64,000 nt of DNA, from positions 868,001 to 932,000 of the forward strand of contig CM076000.1 in the NCBI GenBank assembly GCA_038087875.1, in the 5' to 3' direction. This stretch comes from Malacoraja senta. Taxonomy: Eukaryota. Position 1 is the first letter of the stretch; each line of letters begins with the position of its first letter. The position numbers were made by a program, and so were the translations under genes. Positions 14,911-28,695 of this stretch are shown piece after piece. Below the pieces are notes generated by a model. The model was given only the letters and a program-made list of their open reading frames with translations, ran no database searches and was not told where the DNA came from.

Positions 14911-15072
14911 CTCAAAAGGTCCATTAACTGCTCCAGCTTCGAGAACCTGCGCAGAATTGAAAGTGCTGAGAAAAGTAGGCTTGGGTCTAATAGAAGATGA
15001 CTGCACCCGCACGTTGGTTATTAGGGTGTCCTCCATATTTTCCACGACAGGAGCAAAAATATCACACATGAT
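14911..15072 (-). CDS. LONRF2: LONRF2-like exon 4
   Basis: ttcctag|IMCDIFAPVVENMEDTL...GAVNGPFE|gtacac; 162 bp, open frame, phase 0->0. Confidence 0.85.
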
Positions 15073-15381
15073 CTAGGAAATGAAAGCAAATATCTCACTT
15101 AAATTGAGAAATGAAGATTCTCAATAAACAAGTCGATACTTGAAAGCTTTGGGATATCCAGTCATATTGATCCATTTGTCAAATGACTGGTGAGCAACTT
15201 TCAGCCATCCAGTTAAATAAAGCATATAGAATACATTTCACTCTCCAAGTCACACTTTCCCTCATGTGCTAGTTAGTCAGAGAAGAACACCGAATAAAGT
15301 TACTAGTCTGTAGCCATCCAAGAACGTAGATACTCAAATAGTTTGGTGGGAGGTACAGGGTCAAAGGAGAAAATAAATTAC

Positions 15382-15504
15382 CTTTTGAGCTTTTACTTTT
15401 ACAGCTTTCCACTCTGGTCTCAGAGCAAAGCAGTATAAATATTCCTTCAAAGCTTCTTCAATTCTACCCATTTTAGCAAGAGCTTCGGCTTTCCAAAAAT
15501 GCCC
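15382..15504 (-). CDS. LONRF2: LONRF2-like exon 3 (TPR)
   Basis: ggcag|GHFWKAEALAKMGRIEEALKEYLYCFALRPEWKAVKVKAQK|gtaatt; 123 bp. Confidence 0.92.
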
Positions 15505-15601
15505 CTGCCAGGAAAACAGTTACAAAACATAGTGTGAGCGTTGCCAATTCAAACATTCAAAAATGCAGGTTCTCATGTCATTTCAGAACACAATGCATTA
15601 C

Positions 15602-15720
15602 CTTTGCCTTTAGAGGTTTCATTGCACAAGCTTTAGCCCCATCACAACGTGCTTCTTCATATTTTCCAAGAGTTACATAAAGCTCTGCACGTTTACACAA
15701 CATAGAGTAGTCATGGGGTA
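15602..15720 (-). CDS. LONRF2: LONRF2-like exon 2 (TPR)
   Basis: cacag|TA CCC CAT; VPHDYSMLCKRAELYVTLGKYEEARCDGAKACAMKPLKAK|gtaatg; 119 bp, phase 1->0. Confidence 0.9.
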
Positions 15721-16694
15721 CTGTGGAGATAAATGAAGGATATAAGTCACTTGCAGAAAATAGTTTAGCATTAAAATTAAATATAGTCAAACATGTTATT
15801 TTAAAATGACTCCTACATCTTGTAACTTTGCCCAATGTCTTCTACATTCCAATTATTCTCATTCCCCTGTGTTAATAAGGCCAATTATAAATCTTCCCTC
15901 AGCAGACAATGATTTTAAAAAATAAGCTGATGGTTTTCCAAAACAACAACCAGACTATTTTTAATAAAATTGATCTAGATAATGCTGAGTGCAGCTAACT
16001 GGGACTGTAAGCTCTTCCAACTGGGATGTTCTAAAGTTATCCACTTCTTACATAAAAGGACACAAAGTCCTGAAGCCACTCAGCAGGTCAGGCAGCATCT
16101 GTGGAGAATATGGAAAAGCGATGTTTTGGGTCGAGATCCTTTTCCCCATCTAAAGAAGGGTCACAACCCTAAATATCACCTATTCGTGTTCTCCAGAGAT
16201 GCAGCCCGCCCTGCTGAAATACTCCAGCATTGTGTCTTTTGGGTATTAACCAGCATCTGCAGTTCCTAGTTCCTACATTTCTTACAATTTAGTTTGCTGA
16301 ATTGCTGAAAAGACAATTTCTTACCCACTTAGGTCACTACTCGCATCCAAAAAATGGATAGGTCCCACCTGCCCATATCTCTCTAAACCTTTCCAATCCA
16401 CTACATCGCTTCACCGGATGCAATAAATTTAAAATCTGTATTTTTGATGCAGTGTAACCCCGACATGATGTAGGTGTTGGGGACAACTTTAACACCCGAG
16501 CTGTAAGCAAAACTAAGTGACCCAAATTATGAATTGGGAGACAATAATAACTACATCATTTCCAAAAAGCCAAATATGACACGGCTCTACTATAATTTTT
16601 TATCTCTGAAGTTAATTTGTATCTGCATAAAGCTGCTGATACAGATTTATCCATCAACAGAGAAATTGCATCACTAAAGAACAATCAAAATATT

Positions 16695-17012
16695 TAGTTT
16701 TGTTTTGAGATACAGCATATAAACAGGCCCTTTGGCCCACCGAGTACAAGCTGACCATTGATCTACCGTTCACATTCATTCTAAGTTATCCCACTTTCTC
16801 ATCCTCTTCCTATATACTAAGGGCAATTTTACCCGAGGTCAATAAACTTACAACTCCCCACGTCTGTGGGATGCGAGAGGAAACTGGAGCATAGGGAGGA
16901 TTCCCATGCTGTCACAGTGAGAACTTACAAAATTCCACACAGACAGCACCCGAGGTCAGGATCAAACCCAGATTGCTGTGAGATAGCAACTCTACCAGCT
17001 ATGCCATTGTGC
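16695..17012 (-). mobile_element. tRNA-derived SINE
   Basis: Same architecture as 2420-2725 (cacagacagcacccgaggtcaggatcaaaccc). Confidence 0.75.
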
Positions 17013-19010
17013 CCTCTTTATTAAGCACAAATAGGATTGAATTGACCAATCAAGGCCCTCGCTGTCTGAAACTGCAGCAATATAGATTAGATCTGCAATT
17101 CAGGTCGCCATGCAAGAATTTAGCCTAATTCCAAAGTTAATTACTTTGGTTTTTGCTGTGGTGTTACAATGAAGGAATCAACTTTAGGTTTTAATTCTGT
17201 TAATTTTGAAATATGTGTAAGAAAACTTATTACCAGCTGGGTATTAATATGACCAATTATACTTAGAGATTAAGTATTGAAGTATTCCATTTTTTAGAAA
17301 AATCATGAAAATCAGTTTATACTTTCCTGTCCAGTAAATGAGCTGAGCATTAATGCAAAGAAAACTGCAGCTCTCATTTTAGCACAACACCCCATAAAAA
17401 TGCAAACCGTGCAATTTGAAATTCCAAGAGGAAGAAAAATGTTAAAGAACAGCCTTTCCATGAATATCAAAATAAAAAACAATTGCAGACAATGTTTTCT
17501 ACACTTTGAACAGAGGCAGTTGTGTGCAAAATTGGAAATATGTTGTATACAAATTGAACTTTCATTTAACCCAAATATAATGTATATCCGCTTCTGATGA
17601 AACAAAATGCCCCTCGTTACTTAACAGAATATTATTGCAGAAAATGTTGATAGCAAGCCAAAGAGGAAAACCAACACAGATGAGGGACGCAGAAAGAGGA
17701 AAGTTCAGAGTCTACAAAATTGTAGATACTAATAATTTGGATAAAGGGATCTGTTTAAGTTGCAAATTATATGAAAAGAACATACATAATCCATAAACAA
17801 TAATCAGCTGGTCTGTTAACATAGATGGGAAAAGAAGCTTGGAATATTAAGTCATAATCATTGTTCCCATTTCTCCAAACTCTTAATGGCCTTGCCATTG
17901 CCATTTGAAAGTTAACCAAACAGCTTGCTTTTCTTCCCCCCAACCAAGAATTTTGTCCTAATACTACATCCGTTGCTTTACAGCATCATGTTTCTCATTG
18001 AGTCACTCATCCAGTCAGAGATATCCTTCAGTCTGAAGAAGGGTCGCGATCAGAAACGTCACCCATTCCTTCTCTCCAGAGATGCTGCCTGTCCCGCTGA
18101 GTTACTCCAGCATTTTGTGTCTACCAGACATATCTTTCCTCTGTTTTCACCTTGACTAACTTATTATCAGTTTAACAAAAGGTCACATGTAATATTGTGC
18201 AATACACCTGACAGAGAGGATGACAAAGCTAAGAATGGGCGTGACACTGATTATGTAGGACACTGCCTTAGGGCTTTATACATACTTCCATTATCAAATT
18301 TCTCAGAAGGCAAATGCAAACATTGCCAGGACACACATTACCAAATCCTATTTGGCCTCAATATTATTACGCTTAGGGAGAAATAGCTATCCATACTCGT
18401 GAGTAGAGCAGTAATAGTCTGTTAATTTTTTTTTCAAGGCTAACAGCAGGCAAGCAAATGTATACCCGAGAATAAAAAGCCAGTCATAGCAAATCCAGCA
18501 GCATTAGCTTGCTTTATGTCAGCATCCAAACACTAGCTTTGTCAGAAGAAGCCTTGAATTTATGATCAATGTTATTTAACTAAACACCATACAAGCAAGC
18601 CAGATGCAAAGCATTAGGATTAATGGACTTGTTACAATCACCGGTGGACATTGTCCACAAGGACTTGAGCAAGGTCTTTGATGGGTCTGGAAGGTTAGAT
18701 CACATGGGATATAGGAGTTGGCCATTTGGATACAATATTGGCTTGGTGGTACGGGTCACAGGGTGGGGCAGTGAAAGGTTGCTTTTCACAGTTGAAGCCG
18801 GTGACCAGTTGTGTACCTCAGGGGCTGATGCTTGGTTCACTGTTATTCATCATACACATTAAGATGATTGAAAGATTTCAGAATTTTTTAAACTATATTT
18901 CAACAGCAGATTCCAGAATGAGGGATATAAACTTTCGTAATTCAAGATACCCAAATTAACTGTCGATGGTTAGTCCATATAAAATATTAATGCTGAGACT
19001 TACGTATTTT

Positions 19011-19752
19011 ATAATACAATACAATAATAAATTATTAGCCAAGTATGTTTTACAACATACGAGGAATTTCATTTGCCAAGTCAGTCATACAAATATAAAG
19101 CAACAGAACACGCAAAATACATTTTAACATAAACAGCCACCACAGTGACTCCTCCACATTCCTCACTGTGATGGAAGGTGAAAAAAAAGTTTGATCTCTT
19201 CCCTTCTTTGTTCTCCTGCAGTCAGGGGCCTCGAGCCTTCCGTTGACGGGACAATCTTACTCCCGTAGCCGGTGGTCAGGCCCTCCGTGTCGGGGCGATC
19301 AAGCTCCTGCATTAGGGGGAATCTCAGCTCCCCGCACTGAGCAATCTGACCCCGGGTTGAGGCTTGTCGAACCTTCTGCGTCATTGGAGCTCTCGACATC
19401 TATGGTCTCTACCCAAGACTGCGAGCTCTCGATGGTAAAGTCCACAGGCCGCAATTGGAGCGATCCTAGGTAAGTCCACGTCCCGCGTTGGGGCTCAGAG
19501 TCAGTCCTGAGCAAGGCCTCCAGCTCCATGTTGGGCTGCAGAGTGACCGGAGATATGACCCGGAAAACAATCGCATCTCTGGCAGGGTAAGAGATTGAAA
19601 AATATATTCCCCTGACCCCCTCCCCCTCCCCCCACATAAAACAAACCAGAGAACATTAGCACAAACTTTTTAAACACATGAAAAATAACAAAAAAGACAA
19701 AAAAACAGACAGACTGTTGGCGAGGCTGCCAATCGTGTGGCACTCCTGGTGG
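19011..19752 (-). mobile_element. ~740-bp non-autonomous retroposon
   Basis: Insertion relative to the paralogous empty site at ~22040; flanked by atttt; (attgt)n tail at 19011-19025. Confidence 0.75.
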
Positions 19753-20192
19753 ATTTTTGTTAGGGCAAAGAGGCGATGGTGTCCTACATCAACCGTGACC
19801 TAATTAAACTAGTAGAACAGGCTCTGAATAATTTGCTTCTGTTCCCATAAGTTACTGTTACACGATTAAAAACAGTAACTTACGGGAACCAAACTAAATT
19901 ATTCAGAACCTGTTCTACCAGTATGTAAGACTAATTACATCAACAAAACATTACAAAGCCTCAAGATACCAAGAAGAAAATCGAGTGTACAACTACAGCA
20001 GGACCTCCATGCTCCTAAACACAAAACCTCTCCCAATGAAGGCCAACATGCCATTGGCTTTCTTCACTGCCTGCTGTACCCGCATGCTTACTTTCAATGA
20101 TTGATGTTCAAGCACACCCAAGTCTCGTTGCACCTCCCCTTTTCCTAATCTGACACCGTTCAGATAATAATTTGCCTTCCTGTTCTTGCCAC

Positions 20193-21185
20193 CAGGGTGA
20201 GGCAGTGAAAGGCTGCTTTTCACAGTTGAAGCTTGTGACTAGTTGTGTGCCACAGGGGCAGATGCTAGGTTCACTGTTATTCATCATACATATTAACGAC
20301 ATGGAAGAGAATGTAGTTGGCATGGTTGGTAAGTATGCTGATGACACCAAAATAGGTGGTACAGTGGACAGTGAAGTTCGTTATCCGAGATTACAACAGG
20401 ATCTAGATCAACTGGAAAACAAGCCAAGGATAGGGAGATGGAATTTACCCCAGACAAGTGCAAGGTATTGCATTCTGGCAAGTTAAACCAGGACAGGCAT
20501 TACACAGTAAGTGGCAGGGGGTTGGAGAGTGTTGTAAAACAGAAAGATCTAGAGGTACAAGTACATAGCTCCTTGTAAATGGTGTCACAGGTAGCCAGAA
20601 TAATGAAGAGAGTGTTTGGCATGCTTGCCTTGATCATACAGGGCATACAATACAAGGGTTGCAATGTCATGTTACAATTGTGTAAAATGGTGGTAAAACT
20701 ACACTTGAAGTATAGCGTCCAGTCTGTTCATCCAGCTATAGGAAGAATGTCATTGAGCTGTGTGGAACAGATTCACAAGAATGTGACTGGGACTGGGGGC
20801 TTCAGCTATAAGGAGAGACTGGATAAATGGCAGCTTTATCCCGGAGGGTAGGAGGACCTTATAGAGGTATGTATAATCATGGGGCATAGGTAAGAGAGTC
20901 AAACTAGAGGACATAGATTCAAGGTGAGAGGGGAAAAAATGTAATGGAGAGTTGAGGGGCAACTTTTTCCACATAGAAGTGGTGTCGACGTGAAACAAAC
21001 TGCAAAGAGACGTGGCAGAAATGGGTACAATTACAACATTTGGAAGACATTTGGACAGGTACATGGATAGAAAAGATTTAGAGAGATATGGGCTAAATGC
21101 AAGCAAATAGGACTATCTTGGGTAGGCAACTTAGTCAGCATGGACAAGTTGTGCCAAAGGGTCTATTTCCACACTTTATAATTCT
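20193..21185 (+). mobile_element. Degenerate CR1 3' fragment
   Basis: VTSCVPQGQMLGSLLFIIHINDM...YADDTKIGG, then CR1 3'UTR; many stops. Confidence 0.85.
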
Positions 21186-22547
21186 GCAACTGTAAGGCAT
21201 TTAACTAGGTTCCATACAAACATCTTCATACAAATAGGACTTATCTGGAATTGAAGAGAAGTTACTAACTCGAAGCAGGGAATGGATATGCACCAACTGA
21301 ATTGGGATTTATACCCTGACTTCTGTTTTTTCCCTACATTTACATTGCTTATTTGTTAGATGATGGAACAGAGATCTGTAAATCTGAGTAGACCAGGACA
21401 GAAAGTACACAATGGAAACTCATGGGCTAAATGGGAGGGCAAAGTTGTTGCAAATAAAGTCTCATCTGGCCAAGCAGATATCTACCTGCACCCAAGGGTT
21501 ACAAGGTCAAAGGTTCAAGGTCAATGTACAAACATTTCCAAAAGCAAGCAGACTGGTATTAAAAAAGGGAAATTGAATTTTGGGTCTTCAGACAGTCGAA
21601 TAGAGGAGAAAGGCATAGAAACAGGCTCTTTGCATCCATGCTGACCATCAATCACATATACATTCATCCTAATGTAATCCTCTTTTCAAAATTCCTCCCT
21701 TATTTTCATCACCCCCCCCCACCCAATCACTCAGCCTCTCAAGCCTGCCTTGCCATTCCATAAAACTATGTCTAATATTAGCTTGCAAAGGGGTACCAAA
21801 ATGATACCAAGTCTAATAAAGATATAACAAAATATACTATGGATTAGAATTTCACTCCTTTGACTATAATACATTAAAATTGTGATCTTATATTAAGATT
21901 AAAAAATTTCAGAATTTTTTTAACTATATATTTCAGCAGCAGATTCCAGAATGGGGGGATATAAATTTTGGTAATTCAAGGTATCTAAATTAACTGTTGA
22001 TGGTTAGTCCATTTAAAATATTAATGCCGTGACTTACGAATTTTTGTTAGGGCAAAGAGGTGGATGGTGTTATACATCAACCGTGACCTAATTAAACTGG
22101 TAGAACAGGCTCTGAATAATTTGGTTCTGTTCCCGCAAGTCACTGTTATACGATTAAAAACAGTAACTTACGGGAACCAAACTTAATTATTCAGAACCTG
22201 TTCTATCAGTATGTTAGAGTAATTACATCAACAAAACATTACAAAGTCTCAAGATACCAAGAAAAACTTCTCAGTACCTGCTCCAAACTAAAGCAATACA
22301 ACGTCATGCAACCTAAAACATACCTCTATTCTTGCAAAAAAATAAAATTCTGACTAGATCTTAGTTTAATTTAAAGCAATTCATGGTGGACCTTGCATCA
22401 CAGAAATGCCAAACATTTCAATCGAAACAGCAAAATATTTAAATTGTACTTTTTAAAATTCTGCAAAACCAGTCAGAGTAACAAATATTCTAATATCCAA
22501 GAAAGTAGAGAAAAGCTAATTGCAAAGTTCCTCCTGTGTTCTTGGGG

Positions 22548-23850
22548 CATAGAAACATAGAAAAAAAATAGATGCAGGAGTAGGCCATTCGGCTCTTCGA
22601 GTCATGGCTGATCATCTAAGATCAGTACCCCGTTCCTGCTTTTTCCCCTTATCCCTTGAATATTTTAGCCCTAAGAGCTAAATCTAACTCTCTCTTGAAC
22701 ATCCAGTGAATTAGCCTCCACCACCTTCTGTAGCAGAGAATTCCACAAATTCACAACTCTCTGGGTGAAGAAGATTTTCCTCATCTCAGTCCTAAATGGC
22801 CTACCCCTTATTCTTAAACTGTGACCCCTGGTTCTGGACTCCCTCAACATCGGGAACAATTTTCCTGCAACTAGCCTGTCCAATCCTTTAACAATTGTAT
22901 ACGTTTCTATAAAATCTCCTCTCACCAGTCTAAATTCCAGTGAATACAAGCCCAGTCGACCCATTCTTTCATCATATGTCAGTCCCACCATGACAGGAAT
23001 TGACCTGGTGAACCCAAGCTGCACTCCCTCAATAGCAATAATATCCTTCCGCAAATTAGGAGACCAAAGTTGCGCACATACTCTTGGTGCGGTTTCACCA
23101 GGGCATTGTACAACTGCAGTAGGACCTCCTTGCTCCTAAACTCAAATCCTCTCGCAATGAAGGCCAACATGCGATTAGCTTTCTTCACTGCCTGCTGTAT
23201 CTGTTTGCTTACTTTCAGTGACTGATGTACAAGCACACACAGATCTCGTTGCATCTCCCTTTTCCTAATCTGACACCGTTCAGATAATAGTCTGCCTTCC
23301 TGTTCTTGCCACGAAAGTAGATAACCTCACATTTATCCACATTATACTGCATCTGCCCACTCACCCAACCTATCCAAGTCATCCTGCAGCCACATAGCAT
23401 CCTCATCGCAGCTCACACTGCCACCCAGCTTTCTGTCATCCGCAAACTTGAAGATGTCACATTTAATTCCCTCGTCTAAATCTTTAATATAAATAACTAG
23501 GGTCCCAGCACCGAGCCTTGCGGCACCCCACTAGTCACTGCCTGCCATTCTGAAAATGACCCGTTAATTCCTACCTTTGCTTCCTGTCTGCCAAGCAGTT
23601 CTCTATCCATGTCAAAACCCTACCCCCAATACTGTGTGCTTTAATTTTGCACACATCTCTTGTGTGGGACCTTGTCAAAGACTTTTTGAAAGTCCAGATA
23701 CACCACATCCACTGGCTCTCCCTTATCCATTCTACTTGTTGCATCCTCAAAAAATTCCAGATTAGTCAAGCAAGATTTCATAAACTTCATGAACCTATGC
23801 TGACTTGACTGATCCTGTCACTGCTTTCCAAATGCACTGCTATAACATTT
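22548..23850 (-). mobile_element. CR1 3' fragment
   Basis: RT C-terminal ORF pieces (QQAVKKANRMLAFIARG, LGLYSLEFR, SRTRGHSL); tail ctatgtttctatg. Confidence 0.88.
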
Positions 23851-24471
23851 TGCAGCCATTAAAGAATATATTTAAAAACAGCCATCAAGCTTCCCATATG
23901 ATAATCAGCAGATAATCTGTTTAAAAAAAAATATTCATTGAGAAATAAATATTGACCTAAACAAAGTAATTGGAAGAACTTATTTCCGAGCAAAACAGTG
24001 CCCATGGGATCAGTTATATTTGCCAGATAGATCAGAAAGGCTCTAGTCCCCAATTCCTCTGCCTCATCAGCCCAGATTTATGATCACATAAGACGAGTCC
24101 ACTGACTCAAGAGGCAAGAAGAGGTAACAAACCACAGCTACGCAGTAATACTCCGATCCCCGTTAATAAAATGCTTTAAACGTTATTCAAAGTAACATCC
24201 GCCACATAATTAACATTAAATATGGATTGACGTGGTTAGTAGCAGCTTCTTCTTCGGACCTCAAGACACTGAAACGCAAATCACTGAGTGCAAGTGTTCA
24301 TTTACAAAACACAGAGTGCTCAAGGAACTCAAAAGGTCAGCCAAACTCTGGAGGGAATGGACAGGCAACGTTTCAGTCTGAAGATGGGTCCCGGCCCAAA
24401 ACATCGCCTGTCCATTCCCTCCATATTGAATGTATAACCGAGAATGTATTAGTTTTTGCACAGGTCTTGTT

Positions 24472-24515
<44 letters not shown>

Positions 24516-25089
24516 CTGAATAAAGTTTAATTCATTCCCTCCACAGATGCTGCCTGACTTGCTAAGTTACTCCAGCACTTTGTATTTTGCTCAGGATTCC
24601 AGCATCTGCAGTATCTACAAGATGTTTGGCTGTGATAATCCATGAAATATATGCATTAATCTACAGTCCTTAATAAAGGAGTTTATCGTGTGTGTGAGAA
24701 TGGGACCAGGGGGAAGGGAAGACACTCACTCGGTTAACTGTGTAGGAAGGAACTGCAGATTGAACCAAAGATTGACACAAAATGCTGGAGTAACTCAGCG
24801 GGACAGGCAGCATCTCTGGAGAAAAGGAATGGGTGACGTTTCGGGTCGAGTCCCTTTTTCAGAGTCTTACTAGAGCATTTGGTGTCTGCACTTTGTTAAC
24901 TGTCCTGCCACAGTTATTTCAACATTATATCTTGCACTAAATGGTGTTCCTTTATTCGTGCACTCTGGAGGGCTCGATTGTATTGATGTATTCGAGTATA
25001 GTCTTTTCTTTGACTGGATAACAAACAAACAAAAGCTTTTCACTGTAACTCGTACACGTGATAATAATAAACTAAACTACTCTACAGCC

Positions 25090-26110
25090 GAGTGGCCGCT
25101 TGCGGTTCTTACCCAGCGACAGCGCCTGTCCGATGAGCTTCAGGGCGCCCATAGAGTCTCGGCTCTGGTGCAGCGCCTCGGCCTCGGCCTGCAGCCGCCG
25201 AGCGCGGCTCTCACACGGGAACCACTTCTCCATTAATTTGCAGAGAACCACATTGGGGCGGAAGCTGGAGTCGGCGGGGGAGACCGGGGATGAGGAGGCC
25301 GCAAATCCAGCCCCGGCCCTGGGTCCGGGCAGCACGGCAGCGGGGAGCTTGCAGAGCCGACACTTTGCCGGCGCCTGCTCCAGGCACCGCCGGCAGAAGG
25401 AGTGCCCGCACGGCAGCGACGCGGGCTCGAAGAGCAGCCGCAAGCACAAGCCGCAGCCCAGCGGCGACCGGGGAGCGTCCTCTTCCTCGTCGCCTGGACC
25501 GAGCGGGTCGCTGGGCCGGGGCTGGTCCGGGCCCTGTGGTCCGCTGCTGCCCTCCATCTCCTTGCTGCGGATGCTGGTCGTGATGCTGTCCAGCAGGGTC
25601 TGCATGTCTTCGGGCCGGAGTCGGCCCAGTACCGCGGCCTTCTGGAAGGCGTCCAGGGCCTCGCTGAAGCGGTCGCAGCGGCACAGATCGTCGGCCTGGC
25701 GCAGGCAGATGCGCCGCTCGGGGCCCAGCTCCAGCAACCGGCACTCGTACATGCCGGCCGCCAGCTCGTCGTTCTTCGCCCGGAAAGCCTCGTCGGCCAG
25801 CTGCAGCATTTCGGTGCGAGCGCTTGGCACCAAAGATACTAGAGGAGCTATATAATCTTTGCTTGGCACCTCCATCGCTGACAACGGCCGAGGCTTCAGT
25901 GATAACTAAGTCCCTGGACTGCGATCTAGGATGTGACACAAGGGCACAGCCCCTGCACAACCATTGGACTGCGGGCTGTTACCTAAGCAGCTCTTCTGTA
26001 AATAGCAGTCAGCTGGGCAGGGCCACTAACAGCCTCGGGCTCACAGCGTTTATCGGGGCGGTGGTGAAGTTGATTAGTCAGGGACACAGTAACGAAAAGC
26101 CAAGAAATTA
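25090..26110 (-). promoter_or_regulatory. CpG-island-like first exon and proximal promoter of the LONRF gene
   Basis: Sharp GC/CpG enrichment at ~25090-25900 against an AT-rich background; CCAAT-type attgg near 25963 and GC-box-like ggggcggtgg near 26055. The TSS cannot be determined. Confidence 0.6.
25113..25875 (-). CDS. LONRF2: LONRF2-like exon 1 (start ATG, TPR-like helices, first C3HC4 RING)
   Basis: Reads MEVPSKDY...CGLCLRLLFEPASLPCGHSFCRRCLEQAPAKCRLC...; GC-rich; donor G|gtaag at 25112-25111 (phase 1). The paralogue call rests on adjacency to CHST10, as in human. Confidence 0.88.
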
Positions 26111-26144
26111 GAAATTAACCAGACTGAGAACCACAAATGCAGAC

Positions 26145-26492
26145 ACGGGGAACTGCAGTTGGTGGAATCTTGAGCAAAACACTAAGTGCAGGAGTAACTC
26201 AGCAGGTCAGGCAGTAATTGTTGAGGAAATGGACAGGCGAAGTTTCAGGCTGGGATCCTCCTTCAAACAACAGAAACCAAGGAACTGCAGATGCTGGTTT
26301 ACACAAAATGACAAAGTGCTGGAGTAACTCAGCGGATAAGGTAGCATCTCTGGAGAACATGGTTGGGGATGTTTCGGGTCAGGACCCTTCTTCAGAGTCT
26401 GAAGCCTGACTCGAAACATCACCTACCCATGTTCTCCAGAGATGCTACCTGACCCACTGAGTTACTCCAGCACTTCATGTCCCTTCTTCAGA
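26145..26492. mobile_element. Nested or tandem palindromic hammerhead-like elements upstream of the LONRF gene
   Basis: Two ggaactgcag...gagtaactcagc units; minus-strand ctgaagaagggtcctgacccgaaacatc. Confidence 0.75.
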
Positions 26493-27416
26493 CTGTCGAG
26501 TTGTTCAGGAAACCTGAGCCACTCCATGAGGATCACCTTTCAATTTTAAAACAAATGTAACCTATTTTAAAGAGGAACACATAATAAAATTAACTATCAA
26601 AAAGACAAAAGGGAACTAAGTTACGATTTAATTTGTGTAGCACCGGTAGAGGAACATCTCATGTTTTCCTTTCGAGAACCATCCTAGCATCTATGGAAAA
26701 GAGTCATTGTAATGTTTTGAACAAGTACAAGATCACATGAAAAAGGTACAACAATAATCTATTTGTATCAATGTGCAAGTTTTACCTTGCATTGCGACAG
26801 TTAGACATGTTGATTATAGTTGGCAAAGAAGAACCCTGAAATCATCTGACTGTGATAAAAGTAGTTCACCAAATTGCTTTGATAGGAAGAGAAGTAGGCT
26901 ATTCAGCTATTGGAACCCATCCTGCTATTCTTTGTTACTGTCGAAGTGGACATTCCGTCTATCAGGTCCACGTTGGATCCCAGCAGAACAATCCAATTTG
27001 TCCCATTTCCCCACTGCCCTGCACCTTATTCTCTCTTGCATGCTCATCAACTCCCTTTAATTCCTTTGACACCTATCTACTCCAAGAAAGGTTTTAAAGT
27101 GAAAATCATGTCAGACCAACATTTCCCTTTTAAAGACTAAATTTGTTTGTATGGGGCCTGACAGGTAAGAGTCTGAAAATCGTTACAGGACATATCAATG
27201 GAGTAACAGGCTTTGGTGTAGTACAGCAAAACTGACAAAAGGGATGGGTAGACTTGCTTGGATCATTTTGTTTAACTGGAAATTAACTAGATAACGAAAC
27301 AGGAAGAATAGTGACCCTGGGTAGGTTTCAGGCTTGGACAAATCCTTATTACTAACTGTCTTCATACAATTGATGACTGGATCTTTCCTGCTGCAAAAAT
27401 TAACCATAAAAGCAAC

Positions 27417-27892
27417 TACAAGGTTAATTCCTGGGATGGTGTGACTGTCATATGCTGAGAGAATGGAACAGCTGGGCTTGTACACTCTGGAGTTTAGAAG
27501 GATGAGAGAGAATCTCATTGAAACATATAAGATTGTTAAGGGCTTGGACACACTAGTGGCAGGAAACATGTTCCCGATGTTGGGGGAGTCTAGAACCAGA
27601 GGCCACAGTTTAAGAATAAGGAGTAAGCCATTTAGAACGGAGACGAGGAAACACTTTTTCTCACAGAGAGTGGTGAGTCTATGGAATTCTCTGCCTCAGA
27701 GGGCAGTGGAGGCAGGTTCTCTGGATGCTTTCAAGAGAGAGCTAGATAGGGCTCTTAAAATAGCGGAGTCAGGGGACATGGGGAGAAGGCAGGAACGGGG
27801 TACTGATTGGGGATGATCAGCCATGATCACATTGAATGGCGGTGCTGGCTCGAAGGGCCAAATGGCCTACTCCTGCACCTATTGTCTATTGT
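27417..27892 (+). mobile_element. CR1 3' fragment
   Basis: MEQLGLYTLEFRRMR...SRTRGHSL; tail (tattgtc)n; closely similar to 55910-56380 and 57377-57660. Confidence 0.9.
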
Positions 27893-28695
27893 CAAACAGC
27901 ACAGAGTAATACAGAAAGGGAAGGGGATATCAAACAATTTAGCTTTTCGATTTATATCCCATGCAAGCTATGTTTTGCTTTGGCTTAACATTTTGAGCAG
28001 CTTGAGAAGATGACCAAGAATTAGATCACAAGCGAGAGATGCTTAGTGTGAGCCATCTCATTTTATCTGTTATAATATTTACAGTAGTCAACTTTATGGT
28101 GTTATTATAATATTTACAGTTACCACCACTGCTCTATGAAATAATAAATCATGCTTTTTCCACAGCCCAGTCTTGGTAGTCTGGTAGGAGTCAACATTTT
28201 ACAGCAATGTCAAGGATGATATTCGGAAGCTAGAGTGTGTCATTTTGGAAAGCCCACAGATTTACTGAATTAATTCCCTCGTAAAGTAAGTACTTGTATT
28301 ACAAGTTACAGGCAGAGTAAATTGGGTAAAAGCGGAAATAAATAGTCCCAGCGATAACCATTGCAATGAGATGCTTCCTGAGAAGGGAGGAGTGACATTT
28401 TAATTTTTTTTAAATTATTCTGAAAGTGAGTAGGTAGGTCCCTGAGCAGAAAAAGAGATGCAAATGAATAAATACATTTCCAGATGTAAAAGGCATCAAG
28501 TGGTGTAGGTTAAAAGTGAGTATGTGGTATTGAGATAGATGACTGGCTCCAAACTTATAAATGACACCAAACTAAGTGGGAATGTGAGCAGTGATGAGGG
28601 TGCCAAGAGGTTTCAAGAGGTTATGGAAAAAAACTGAGTGCGCAGGCTTTTGGAATAAGAGACTGACTGGCTAGCCCTCTAACCTTTAAAAGAAT

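Noticed and set aside
25100..25960. Overlapping 146-251-aa ORFs in other frames and strands
   Set aside because: Shadow ORFs of the GC-rich LONRF exon 1.
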